A DNA stretch of 64,000 nucleotides, from the NCBI GenBank assembly GCA_040400605.1, contig JBBAPZ010000006.1:97524-161523 (forward strand), written 5' to 3'. Position 1 is the stretch's first letter, and each line of letters opens with the position of its first letter. This stretch comes from Candidatus Sericytochromatia bacterium (GTDB lineage Bacteria; Cyanobacteriota; Sericytochromatia; S15B-MN24; JAQBPE01). A model generated the notes under the pieces. That model did not search any database. It saw only the letters and a program-made list of their open reading frames with translations, and was not told where the DNA came from. The position numbers and the translations under genes are program-made. Positions 19,738 to 29,046 of this stretch are shown here, piece after piece.

Positions 19738-22197
19738 TCACACGCCGGCTTCGACAGTTGCCTTCTCTTCCGGTTCCGGCTTACCTTTCGACGAAAAAAC
19801 AATTTTCTCGCCGTCACGCTTCGCAACAATCGTGCCTTTCGGAAGTGCGCCCGACAAGATCTCCTCGGCCAGGGGATCCTCAATCAGACGCTGAATGGCA
19901 CGCCGCAAAGGCCTGGCGCCGTAAGAAGGATTATAACCTTCATTCGCCAACAAATCGCGCACGTCCGATGCCAGCTCAAGGTCATACTCTTGCTCTCTCA
20001 GACGATTGCGGACCTCTTTCAGCATCACGTCTGCAATCAAGTTAATCTCATCTCGGGTCAACGGATGGAACACAATGATCTCATCGATGCGATTGATGAA
20101 CTCCGGTCGAAAATTGTTCTTCAACTCGTCCATCACCACATCCTTCATCTTTCGATATCGGGTGTCATCGCCACCAGACTGGAACCCGAGTGAGGACCCC
20201 TTCTCGATCGCCCGCGCACCAATGTTGGACGTCAATATCACGATGGTATTCTTGAAATCCACTACCCGCCCTTTGGCATCAGTAAGACGCCCATCTTCCA
20301 ATATCTGCAACATAATGTTGAAAGCATCGGGATGCGCCTTCTCGATCTCATCGAACAAAACAACCGAGTAAGGCTTGCGACGAACCGCCTCAGTCAATTG
20401 CCCACCTTCGCCATAACCCACATAACCGGGGGGTGAACCAATCAACTTGGATACTGCATGTTTCTCCATATACTCGGACATATCCACCCGAATCAAACTG
20501 TCCTCTGTACCGAAGAACAAACTGGCCAACGCTTTCGCCAACTCGGTCTTGCCAACCCCCGTTGGCCCAGAGAAGATGAACGATCCAATCGGTCGCTTGG
20601 GATTCTTCAAGCCCACCCGGGCACGGCGAATAGCACGTGAAATGGAATGAACCGCATCATGCTGCCCGATAACCCGCGCGTGCAAGTCATCCTCAAGGTG
20701 CATTAACTGTTCCGTCTCACCCTCGGTCATCCGCTTCACCGGTATACCCGTCCAAGAGGCGACAATGTGGGCAATCTCGTCCTCATCGACCATCGGATTG
20801 GTCGTTTGGCCCCGTTCGGAACGCCACTCAGCCGCAATGTCACGGATCCGATCCCGCACCGCCTGCTCCTGGTCCCGCAACTGCGACGCCTTCTCAAAAT
20901 CCTGCGCCCGAATGGCCGCCTCCTTCTCCTTGGTGAATGCTCGAAGCTCTTTTTCCAATTCCTTGGCAGCCGGTGGCAGGGAAGATGTACGCAACCGCAC
21001 CCGACTGGAAGCCTCATCCATCAAGTCGATCGCCTTATCCGGCAAAAACCGGTCCGATATGTAGCGATCAGCCAACTTGGCCGCAGCCACCAACGCTTCG
21101 TCCGTGATCGACAGGCGGTGATGGGTTTCATACCGCTCGCGCAAACCCTTGAGGATCTCAATTGTCTCCTCAACGGAAGGCTCGTTCACCATCACAGGCT
21201 GAAAACGACGCTCCAAAGCCGCATCCCGTTCAATGTGTTTCCGATATTCATCCAGCGTGGTCGCACCAATGCACTGCAAATCACCCCTGGCCAAAGCCGG
21301 CTTCAGAATGTTGGCAGCATCAACAGCACCCTCTGCCGCACCCGCGCCTATCAGCGTGTGCAATTCATCAATCACCAGCACGATATTACCTGCGCCTCTG
21401 ATCTCTTCCATAATTTTCTTGAGACGCTCCTCAAACTCACCCCGATACTTGGTGCCAGCCACCAGCGACCCGATATCCAGCGTGACCACACGCTTGTCAG
21501 CCAAAATGTCAGGCACTTCACCTGCCATGATCTTGAGTGCCAAACCTTCCGCGACGGCCGTTTTACCGACGCCGGGCTCTCCAATCAGGACCGGATTGTT
21601 TTTCGTGCGCCGACCCAAAATTTGGATCACGCGCTCGATTTCTTTTTCGCGCCCAACCACCGGGTCCAGTCGGTGTTCTTCCGCCATTTGCGTCAAATTC
21701 GACCCAAACTCATCCAGAGTCGGCGTCTTGGAACGGTGCTGACCCGATGTTGTCGTGGTCGCATTCTCGCCCAACATCCGAATCACGTTCGAACGCACCC
21801 GTGAGAGGTCAACGCCCAGATTTTCCAAAACCCTAACGGCAACACCCTCGCCCTCCCGAATCAAACCAAGAAGCAAGTGCTCCGTGCCGATATAGTTGTG
21901 TCCAAGCTGACGCGCCTCATCCCAGGCAAGCTCCAACACGCGCTTCGCACGGGGTGTAAACGGGATCTCAACCGCAACAAAACCAGAGCCTCGCCCGATG
22001 ATTTTCTCAACCTCAATTCGGGCGTCCTTCAGGCTCACACCCAAACTTTTCAGGGTCTTTGCAGCCACGCCAGTGCCTTCACCAATCAAACCCAACAAAA
22101 GCTGCTCCGTGCCCACGAAGTTATGGCCCAGCCTTCGAGCCTCTTCCTGAGCCAACATGATGACCTTGATCGCCTTTTCCGTGAATCTCTCAAACAT
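19738..22197 (-). CDS. clpC: ATP-dependent Clp protease ATP-binding subunit ClpC
   Basis: N-terminus [41 protein letters not shown] matches the ClpC Clp_N repeats. Two AAA+ modules ([16 protein letters not shown]) and a UVR-like linker [17 protein letters not shown]. 819 aa. Confidence 0.9.
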   Translation of the reverse strand: MFERFTEKAIKVIMLAQEEARRLGHNFVGTEQLLLGLIGEGTGVAAKTLKSLGVSLKDARIEVEKIIGRGSGFVAVEIPFTPRAKRVLELAWDEARQLGHNYIGTEHLLLGLIREGEGVAVRVLENLGVDLSRVRSNVIRMLGENATTTTSGQHRSKTPTLDEFGSNLTQMAEEHRLDPVVGREKEIERVIQILGRRTKNNPVLIGEPGVGKTAVAEGLALKIMAGEVPDILADKRVVTLDIGSLVAGTKYRGEFEERLKKIMEEIRGAGNIVLVIDELHTLIGAGAAEGAVDAANILKPALARGDLQCIGATTLDEYRKHIERDAALERRFQPVMVNEPSVEETIEILKGLRERYETHHRLSITDEALVAAAKLADRYISDRFLPDKAIDLMDEASSRVRLRTSSLPPAAKELEKELRAFTKEKEAAIRAQDFEKASQLRDQEQAVRDRIRDIAAEWRSERGQTTNPMVDEDEIAHIVASWTGIPVKRMTEGETEQLMHLEDDLHARVIGQHDAVHSISRAIRRARVGLKNPKRPIGSFIFSGPTGVGKTELAKALASLFFGTEDSLIRVDMSEYMEKHAVSKLIGSPPGYVGYGEGGQLTEAVRRKPYSVVLFDEIEKAHPDAFNIMLQILEDGRLTDAKGRVVDFKNTIVILTSNIGARAIEKGSSLGFQSGGDDTRYRKMKDVVMDELKNNFRPEFINRIDEIIVFHPLTRDEINLIADVMLKEVRNRLREQEYDLELASDVRDLLANEGYNPSYGARPLRRAIQRLIEDPLAEEILSGALPKGTIVAKRDGEKIVFSSKGKPEPEEKATVEAGV

Positions 22198-22521
22198 CGT
22201 GCACCCTCTTCATTGTGGCCTGGCGATGCGCAGCGAGTATGAACCCCTGTGCCCGGATTGACAAGCTATCCTGGAACCAGGCTTCACCCACCGACAAGGC
22301 TCGAAGTGACCCGGCATGGCCTTATTCTACCCCGGCAACCCGTCTTTAATAACCAAAAACCCATGACCAGTCCTCAAAGTCTGTTTCACGGATTCCCCCG
22401 CTCGCGACAGGAGCGCAGAGCCCCCCGCAAGACGCCGCAACGGTACCACAGGTTTCGCGCATCCTCAAGACCAAGCCGCACTGAATCGGGTGCCGGTTTA
22501 AACGGACGCCCGCGTCCTGAC

Positions 22522-22911
22522 TCAGCCGTTGTCCGAATGTTCACGCAGTCGCTGGGTGATCTCATCAATGTCACGCTGCCGCGACGCCTTCATCTGCTCC
22601 AACGCCACCAATTTTGTTTGAATGTCAGCCAACTCACGCACTTTGTGCTTCTTGACCTCCTCCAGTTCGTTCTGCAAGCGAATGATTTTCTCAACCCCCG
22701 CCAAATTGATGCCCAACTCTTGCGTCAGCTGCTGAATGTACATCAGTCGCTCAATATCGTGCTGGGAGTACAATCGATTTTTCCCCTGCCGCTTGGGCGC
22801 GACAAGCCCTCGACGCTCGTATAGCCTCAAGGTTTGAGGATGCATGTTCACCAACTCCGCAGCCACGCTGATGATATAGAGTGGTCGATCGTTCGGATCA
22901 AAGTCAGACAT
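22522..22911 (-). CDS. hspR: MerR-family heat-shock repressor HspR
   Basis: [37 protein letters not shown] is the HspR-type MerR HTH. ATG at 22911 with GGAGG 6 nt upstream. It lies directly upstream of clpC on the same strand. Confidence 0.75.
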   Translation of the reverse strand: MSDFDPNDRPLYIISVAAELVNMHPQTLRLYERRGLVAPKRQGKNRLYSQHDIERLMYIQQLTQELGINLAGVEKIIRLQNELEEVKKHKVRELADIQTKLVALEQMKASRQRDIDEITQRLREHSDNG

Positions 22912-23217
22912 ACGAAACCTCCATTGCCTGCCATTAACGGACTTGACAAAGACCTTATAAAGTGGGGCATGGCATCTAAACAACAAACAGGGTGGCTGTC
23001 AACGAGCGCAGCGTGCAGAAATTGCAGCAAACACCAGTGCCAGCCGACGGTTTTGACCGAATGGGCCCTTCAGGCGCGACGGTGGCATGTCTTGGCCTGG
23101 TATGCTACCCTTTTGGCGGTTGGATCTCGACTTTTGGAGCGAGCCTGTGTTGGTGCGCCTGGATTCGGATTACCCGATGTGCCAGATAATCCCTGATGAC
23201 AGAGAGGTGGGAGCACG

Positions 23218-24345
23218 ATGACCGTGAATGTGGCAGAGAACAAGGGACTTGAAGATGTTGTGGTGGGCCCTTCGAGTATCAGTTCGATCATTGATGATGT
23301 GTTGACTTACAGAGGTTACAGCATCGATGACTTGACCGAGAACGCCAGCTGTTTCGAAGAAATAGTCCATTTGTTGTGGTACGGGCGGTTGCCCGTGCAG
23401 TCGGAGCTCGTTGCGCTCCGCGACGCGATCGTGGCGGGCGCGATCATCCCCGTTCCGGTGCTGGGTTGGATGGCGACGGTGTCACGCGACGCCAACCCGA
23501 TGGATGTGTTGCGGACGGCCGTGTCGATGTTGGGGTTGTACGACCCGCAGCGCGATGAGAACACGGCGGAAGCCAATTTGAGCAAGGCCATTCGTCTGCA
23601 GGGACAGATTGCTGCACTGGTTGCGGCCTTTGAGCGGGTTCGCGAAGGGTTGCAGCCGCTTGATGCAAGACCTGGGGAGACCTTGGCTTGGAACTTTCTG
23701 TATATGATGACTGGCAAGGAGCCGGATGCGTTGTCGGTCAAGGCGTTTGAAAGAGCGCTCATCTTGCACGCCGATCACGAATTTAATGCGTCAACCTTTG
23801 CCGCACGGCAAACGGCTTCGACTTTGTCCGATATGCACTCGGCGATTACGTCGGCTATCGGAACGTTGAAGGGGCCTTTGCATGGGGGTGCCAACACGGC
23901 AGTGATGCAGATGCTTCAGGAGGTGGGCACCGCCGAGAATGCGGAGCCTTGGATCAAGGATGCCTTGGCGAAGAAGAAAAAGATCATGGGTTTTGGGCAT
24001 CGCGTCTATGAAAATGGTGACCCACGTGCCAAGCATTTGCGTGCGATGTCTAAAGAACTGGCGGTTCGAACCGGTGAACCCAAGTGGTATGAAATGTCAA
24101 TCACTATCGATGATGTGGTGAAGCGTGAGAAAGGTCTCTTGACCAACGTCGACTTTTATTCGGCATCCACCTATCATTACTTGGGCATCCCCGGTGATCA
24201 GTTTACCCCGATCTTTGCAGTGAGCCGCCTCTCGGGTTGGGCTGCGCACGTGATGGAGCAACTCGCCAACAATCGGTTGATTCGTCCACGCGCCGAGTAT
24301 ACAGGCCCCGGACACCAAGTCTTCGTACCTATTCAAGCGCGTTGA
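23218..24345 (+). CDS. citrate synthase (short type-I form)
   Basis: GFGHRVY and HADHEFNAST active-site motifs; 375 aa. Confidence 0.9.
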   Translation: MTVNVAENKGLEDVVVGPSSISSIIDDVLTYRGYSIDDLTENASCFEEIVHLLWYGRLPVQSELVALRDAIVAGAIIPVPVLGWMATVSRDANPMDVLRTAVSMLGLYDPQRDENTAEANLSKAIRLQGQIAALVAAFERVREGLQPLDARPGETLAWNFLYMMTGKEPDALSVKAFERALILHADHEFNASTFAARQTASTLSDMHSAITSAIGTLKGPLHGGANTAVMQMLQEVGTAENAEPWIKDALAKKKKIMGFGHRVYENGDPRAKHLRAMSKELAVRTGEPKWYEMSITIDDVVKREKGLLTNVDFYSASTYHYLGIPGDQFTPIFAVSRLSGWAAHVMEQLANNRLIRPRAEYTGPGHQVFVPIQAR

Positions 24346-24358
24346 GGGTTTAACGGGA

Positions 24359-24390
24359 AGCCGGCCTGCTCGAGCAGACCGGCTTTTTTG
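24359..24390 (+). terminator. rho-independent terminator after citrate synthase
   Basis: AGCCGGCCTGCTC/GAGCAGACCGGCT stem followed by TTTTTTG, 14 nt after the stop codon. Confidence 0.6.
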
Positions 24391-24498
24391 TTGGTTGATT
24401 TAATCAAACTTTAGGTTGTTGTTAATACGGTTTGGTTGGCAGCATTCGATAATGATGATGGTGCCGGGGAGTATAACTAAACGAGCAGGGTTGTGTGA

Positions 24499-25530
24499 AT
24501 GTTGCAATTTTTGCGCCAGTATACGTGTCCGACGCGAGTGCAGGGTGCTTGGTTTTTGTTTGTGGTACTGATGGCGATCGGGTGTGGCAAGGCGCCGGTC
24601 GGTTCCACGGTCCTGCCGCAGGATCCGCCGCGATCGTCACTCAAACGTGTGGGAACGAGTGGTCTGACGCGTTTTCTTGCGCGTAACATTCGTTATCGGG
24701 TTGATCGCAACATTGCGCTCACGGTGCACGACCTGAACGCGGACCTGTTGCTGAAAGACACCAGCCAGCCATTCAACCCCTCAAACAAAGTCGGTTACAG
24801 TGTCATGCAACATTACAGCAGCGTTGACGTGGACGGTGAGAGTCTGAGTCACCTGATGAATGATTATGTCTTACGCGATCCCGAATCCCCTCTGCGAGCG
24901 ATCAACATTGTTTTAACCGCTGATCAAATGCGTTTGAGCGGCCAGATGAAGCAGGGATTGTGGGTGCCTTTCGAAATGGAAGGGCGGATTGAGTCCACAC
25001 CAGAGGGACAGATTCGCATGATGCCAACGGTCATCAAGTCGGTGGGCGTACGCGTTGATGGTTTGATGAACCTGTTTGGTATCCGCATCGCCACTTTATT
25101 GCAAAACATGACTGACAATGGCTTGACGTTGAAGGGCAATCAAATTTTGATGGATGTCGGCAAGATGTTTCCGCCGCCACGATTATTGGGTCGTGTCAGT
25201 GTGGCGCGCGTGCAGAACCAGTTGCTTCATATCGAATACAACGATGGTCGGGCACAGCCGTGGCCCAAGTTGCCAATCCCCGATGCGCGAAGCTGCATCG
25301 CGATGTGGGGTGGTGATGTGGTAATCAACAACTGCATCACCATCGACGCCAAATTTCAGATTATGGATATGACACCGCAAACACCCATGGTTTATGCAGC
25401 GGATCGCTACCTCGACGGTCTTGAGGCGGGATTCAACATCCCGACCAAAGATGGACACAACATCTCATACGTTCCCGACATTCTCGATTTTGAGGGCAAA
25501 ATGCCCCGCTACGTCCCCAATCTGCGGTAA
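24499..25530 (+). CDS. hypothetical lipoprotein (lower-GC orphan)
   Basis: Signal peptide plus lipobox FLFVVLMAIGC. 343 aa with no recognisable domain. GC about 50%. Confidence 0.5.
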   Translation: MLQFLRQYTCPTRVQGAWFLFVVLMAIGCGKAPVGSTVLPQDPPRSSLKRVGTSGLTRFLARNIRYRVDRNIALTVHDLNADLLLKDTSQPFNPSNKVGYSVMQHYSSVDVDGESLSHLMNDYVLRDPESPLRAINIVLTADQMRLSGQMKQGLWVPFEMEGRIESTPEGQIRMMPTVIKSVGVRVDGLMNLFGIRIATLLQNMTDNGLTLKGNQILMDVGKMFPPPRLLGRVSVARVQNQLLHIEYNDGRAQPWPKLPIPDARSCIAMWGGDVVINNCITIDAKFQIMDMTPQTPMVYAADRYLDGLEAGFNIPTKDGHNISYVPDILDFEGKMPRYVPNLR

Positions 25531-25554
25531 GCACCGCTTAAGGATGGGTTTCAC

Positions 25555-26157
25555 TCAAAGTGTCCGCAAAAGTCTTGCCGGCACGCCGGCAATGATCGAG
25601 CCGCCTGGAAACGAGCGGTTGACCACGGCGTGAGCGCCTACGATACAGTTATCCCCAAGTTCCACCCCTTTCAGGATGCTGACGCCTGCCCCCACCCACA
25701 CGTTTCGTCCGAGGCGTATCGGTGCGACCGTGTAGCCGGTCTTGCGATAGGGAATCGGTTGCGCCGCGGTCGGATGATCGTGATCACGGATTGGTATCCG
25801 ATGATCGTGATCACGGAGCGGTATCCGATGATCGTGATCACGAATGGAAACGCGTTCTGCGAGTAGACAGTCGTCGCCGATGATGATGTTATCCATCGCG
25901 CTAATGATCGAAAATGGGCCAATATGCACGTGTTGGCCCACGATCAGCTGACCTTCGACTTTCAATTCCGTATGATGACGCAAATGAACGTGTGCGCCGA
26001 TCCGCAGCACGGCCCCTTGTGAGATTCTCCAAATGAGATCGTGTTCCAAGCGATACGGAGCGTCAAGCTTCAGACCCGGATGGCGGCGTGAGAGCTCAGC
26101 CATTGACCATGTCTGATGCAACTTGGACCAGATATGGCGCAAACGCAAATTGCTCAT
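25555..26157 (-). CDS. hexapeptide-repeat (left-handed beta-helix) acetyltransferase, WcaF/maltose-O-acetyltransferase-like, carrying a His/Asp-rich repeat insertion
   Basis: C-terminal hexapeptide repeats IRLGRNVWVGAGVSILKGVELGDNCIVGAHAVV. The internal SIRDHDHRIPLRDHDHRIPIRDHDHP segment is encoded by a 27-bp tandem repeat. Confidence 0.75.
   Translation of the reverse strand: MSNLRLRHIWSKLHQTWSMAELSRRHPGLKLDAPYRLEHDLIWRISQGAVLRIGAHVHLRHHTELKVEGQLIVGQHVHIGPFSIISAMDNIIIGDDCLLAERVSIRDHDHRIPLRDHDHRIPIRDHDHPTAAQPIPYRKTGYTVAPIRLGRNVWVGAGVSILKGVELGDNCIVGAHAVVNRSFPGGSIIAGVPARLLRTL
25774..25846. repeat. in-frame 27-bp tandem repeat (~2.7 copies) inside the acetyltransferase gene
   Basis: The units are atgatcgtgatcacggattggtatccg, atgatcgtgatcacggagcggtatccg and a truncated atgatcgtgatcacgaatg, read directly from the sequence. 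Confidence 0.85.
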
Positions 26158-26326
26158 CGGGTTTCACTCCTCGTCACCGGGTAAAGGAACTTGATGCAAA
26201 CGGCTGCTTGCGACGGACGCCTATCGCATCCTTAAAACCTGAAATGCTTGTGGGGTGCCTGTGTGACGTCAAGACGCCGGCCGATTTGTCTCGCAGTCCA
26301 AGGTTGTTCGCCTGCCAGACGGAAAG

Positions 26327-27568
26327 TCATTGGTTTAACGGGCGATTGGCGGTTCGGTTGCGGGCGGGCGGATTGTTGAACAATTGTTCATAAGCCAGCC
26401 ACGTGCGTTCGGTCATGGCGCTGAGACTCAGGTGTTCACAGACCTTGCGTCTGGCGGCACGACCAAGTGCGGCGCCGAGTTGCGGATACAACAGCAATGT
26501 GCGAAGCGCCTCAAAAAGTGGTTCAGGATGAACACGGGGGATGAGGTAGGAATCATTCAGGTGCGAGAGAATTTCCGGTACCCCGCCTGAGGCGCATGCC
26601 ACAATTGCACGACTGGCGGCCATGGCTTCAAGGTAAACCAATCCGAGCGGTTCGAAACGGGAGGGCGCGACAAAAACATCACTTGCAGCGTACCAATCGT
26701 GGATCCGTGCGTGAGGGATAAATCCTGTTAAACGGAGCAAGTGAGCGCACCCTGCCTGCCGTGCCAACGTCTCAAATCGGTTTACACAACCAAAATCGCG
26801 CGTCGCGGCACCCGCCAACACGAGGTATACTGAGTGTCCTGCGCCGCTCAGACGCAACCAGGCCTCAACTAACTCGTTAACACCTTTGCGATGTTCCAGG
26901 CGTCCCACAAAAAGCAGGACGACAGCATCCTCGGGAATTCTCAGCCAGGCGCGCACCGCGCCACGATTTCCTGTCCTGAAGACGTCCGCATCAATTCCTG
27001 GCAAGACGACTTGCGACGGTGCGCGCGAGGTGTTGAAGTCGTTTCGTGCAGCGTCAAGCAAAGCTTGGGACTGGGCCAGTATGACGTCAGCTTGATGATA
27101 AGTGTGTCGTTCCATCGCTTCCAGTGCAGCTTGTCCGCGTGCGGGCGCCCGCTGATTCAATCGGCGAATGAGACGGGAATAACCGTGCAAGCGAACGACC
27201 AAAGGCGTTTTGGTAACGGCGGGCAAAAACAGGCCGGCGCCGAGGTAGTCGGGGACTTCGATCAGGTCGAAGGGCCCTTCGTGAGCCTCGATGTGATGGA
27301 TGTGCCGAGCCAATGCCCACGCGAAATTCAACGCGGGCATGACGCAGCCGACACGGCTTAACAGGCGATCGCCACGCACCCGAATGGGGCGATAGGTCAC
27401 CCCCTCCCATTCGAGCGTTTGAGGCTCAGGCGTCATACATCGTGCCAGCACCGTCACGGCGTGGCTCCGTTTTGCAAGACCCCTGGCCAAGTCATTCACA
27501 AAGGTGCCAATGCCGCCGTGAACCCCATGGGCGGGGGCTTCCGTCGTTACGAGGCCGATACGAACCAT
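26327..27568 (-). CDS. GT4-family glycosyltransferase
   Basis: Start MVRIGLVTTE (ATG 27568). The C-terminal EPLGLVYLEAMAASRAIVACASGGVPEIL motif (EX7E-like) is typical of GT-B retaining glycosyltransferases. Overlaps the upstream radical SAM gene end by 22 nt. Confidence 0.8.
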   Translation of the reverse strand: MVRIGLVTTEAPAHGVHGGIGTFVNDLARGLAKRSHAVTVLARCMTPEPQTLEWEGVTYRPIRVRGDRLLSRVGCVMPALNFAWALARHIHHIEAHEGPFDLIEVPDYLGAGLFLPAVTKTPLVVRLHGYSRLIRRLNQRAPARGQAALEAMERHTYHQADVILAQSQALLDAARNDFNTSRAPSQVVLPGIDADVFRTGNRGAVRAWLRIPEDAVVLLFVGRLEHRKGVNELVEAWLRLSGAGHSVYLVLAGAATRDFGCVNRFETLARQAGCAHLLRLTGFIPHARIHDWYAASDVFVAPSRFEPLGLVYLEAMAASRAIVACASGGVPEILSHLNDSYLIPRVHPEPLFEALRTLLLYPQLGAALGRAARRKVCEHLSLSAMTERTWLAYEQLFNNPPARNRTANRPLNQ

Positions 27569-29046
27569 GGCGATCGCTTTCGAACCATTCGCCCCCACCA
27601 CGCGGCAAAGACGACCCCGCCACGCAACGCGTATAGGGTTAAGCGGCGCCAAATGCGGCGTACAACTGACACCTGCCGCGTTTCGACCCGTGTCGAATAG
27701 CCAGGTTTGTGCGCCGCCAGTTCGGCACTCACCCAACGTAAGGCCAGGGCCAATTCCCAACGCGCCAGATATTTTGTGCGAACCAGCGCCCGATAGCCGT
27801 TTTGATCCTGAAAGCGTTCGGGTAAATGAAGCAATCCCTCACGCAAAACCTGTTCACGCATCGCCGTCCCTCGATAAGGCGTCATCAACGAGACGCTGTA
27901 CGTACAAGGCAGGTCAGACGCAACGGCCAGGGTGTTCTGGATGGTCGCCCAGGACTCACTGGGGGCCCCGATCATAAAAAATCCTGTCACCTCGATACCC
28001 AAACGCTCACACACGCGCATGTTGGCCAACACCCGCCTCAGTGCGCCTTGATTTTGGCCAACGTCTTTGAGTACCGCTGCGTCGACTGATTCCACACCAG
28101 TTAGAATGCGCTTGACCCCGGCTTGTTGCAAGGTGAACAGATCCGCTTCCTCAAGCGTCTCAAGATCCGTCTCGATATGCCAGACGAAACCCAAATCGGG
28201 TGGCAACAAACGAAACAGCTCAAGCAAATGCCGCTTGCGCCAGGAGATATTGGGATCGCGCGTTTGAATCAAGCGCACACCCAGTTGTTTCAAAGCCAAC
28301 AATTCCTGTCTGACGGACGACACCGAGCGCTGGCGCCAGGCAGCACCTTGATGCACATAATAGGGACACATCGTACAAGCCTTCGGGCATCCTCGGGTCG
28401 TACCCACATAGTGCACCATGTCATCGCGACGGCCAGTGGGTGAATAGGGGGCAGGGTCCACCAAATCCCAGGCGGGGACCGGCAAGGCATCAAGGTCCTC
28501 CAACACGGTCCACGAAGCCGGTGGCGTTCCGTGCTGTGCAAGAACCAAGATTGCCGGATGTGTCGACTGACTGAAGTAAGGCATCACGAGCGCCTCAACT
28601 TCTCCAAACAGCACATCAAAGGTGAAAGGCTGCCCCCATTCGGCCAGGGTGGTCTGGATGCAAGCTCCAAACACGAACACCCGTGCGTTCGGCAGCGCGG
28701 TTGACAAAGACTGGGCCAAGGCAAGATCAGCATCCAGGCTTGGCAAGCTCAATCTTACACCAATCATCTGAGCGTCCAATGAACACACGGCCCGACGCGT
28801 CTGCTCAGCCGTCAAGCCTTGCCCCAAGGCATCGAGCATGGTAACCGCCATACCGGCTTGACGGGCGATCGCACCGGCATACAACCAATCGAGCGGCGGG
28901 GGGGGCAAGGGACGTACCGCACGCTGCAACCAGCCCATCGGGCGTGCAACACCCAACCCACCCGCTTTGTCGCGATCACTCACGTGTCGCTTCAACTCCG
29001 GCGGATTGATCAAACATACCCGACCTCGCTCTAACAACATCGTCAT
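27547..29046 (-). CDS. B12-binding-domain radical SAM protein
   Basis: CX3CX2C cluster motif TRGCPKACTMCPY, with an N-terminal Rossmann-like B12-binding region (VCLINPPE...). ATG at 29046 overlaps the upstream UGDH stop as ATGA. Confidence 0.8.
   Translation of the reverse strand: MTMLLERGRVCLINPPELKRHVSDRDKAGGLGVARPMGWLQRAVRPLPPPPLDWLYAGAIARQAGMAVTMLDALGQGLTAEQTRRAVCSLDAQMIGVRLSLPSLDADLALAQSLSTALPNARVFVFGACIQTTLAEWGQPFTFDVLFGEVEALVMPYFSQSTHPAILVLAQHGTPPASWTVLEDLDALPVPAWDLVDPAPYSPTGRRDDMVHYVGTTRGCPKACTMCPYYVHQGAAWRQRSVSSVRQELLALKQLGVRLIQTRDPNISWRKRHLLELFRLLPPDLGFVWHIETDLETLEEADLFTLQQAGVKRILTGVESVDAAVLKDVGQNQGALRRVLANMRVCERLGIEVTGFFMIGAPSESWATIQNTLAVASDLPCTYSVSLMTPYRGTAMREQVLREGLLHLPERFQDQNGYRALVRTKYLARWELALALRWVSAELAAHKPGYSTRVETRQVSVVRRIWRRLTLYALRGGVVFAAWWGRMVRKRSPWFVSAS

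Noticed and set aside
20767-21804. 345-aa + strand ORF inside clpC
   Set aside because: Antisense to a well-supported ClpC frame. Arg/Leu/Pro-rich composition typical of high-GC antisense ORFs.
22249-22824. 191-aa + ORF spanning the hspR-clpC spacer
   Set aside because: Overlaps hspR antisense. Proline/arginine-rich with no motif.
25774-25846. Possible CRISPR-like array
   Set aside because: The repeats are directly adjacent with no spacers, only ~2.7 units, and lie in-frame within a CDS. It is a coding VNTR, not a CRISPR.
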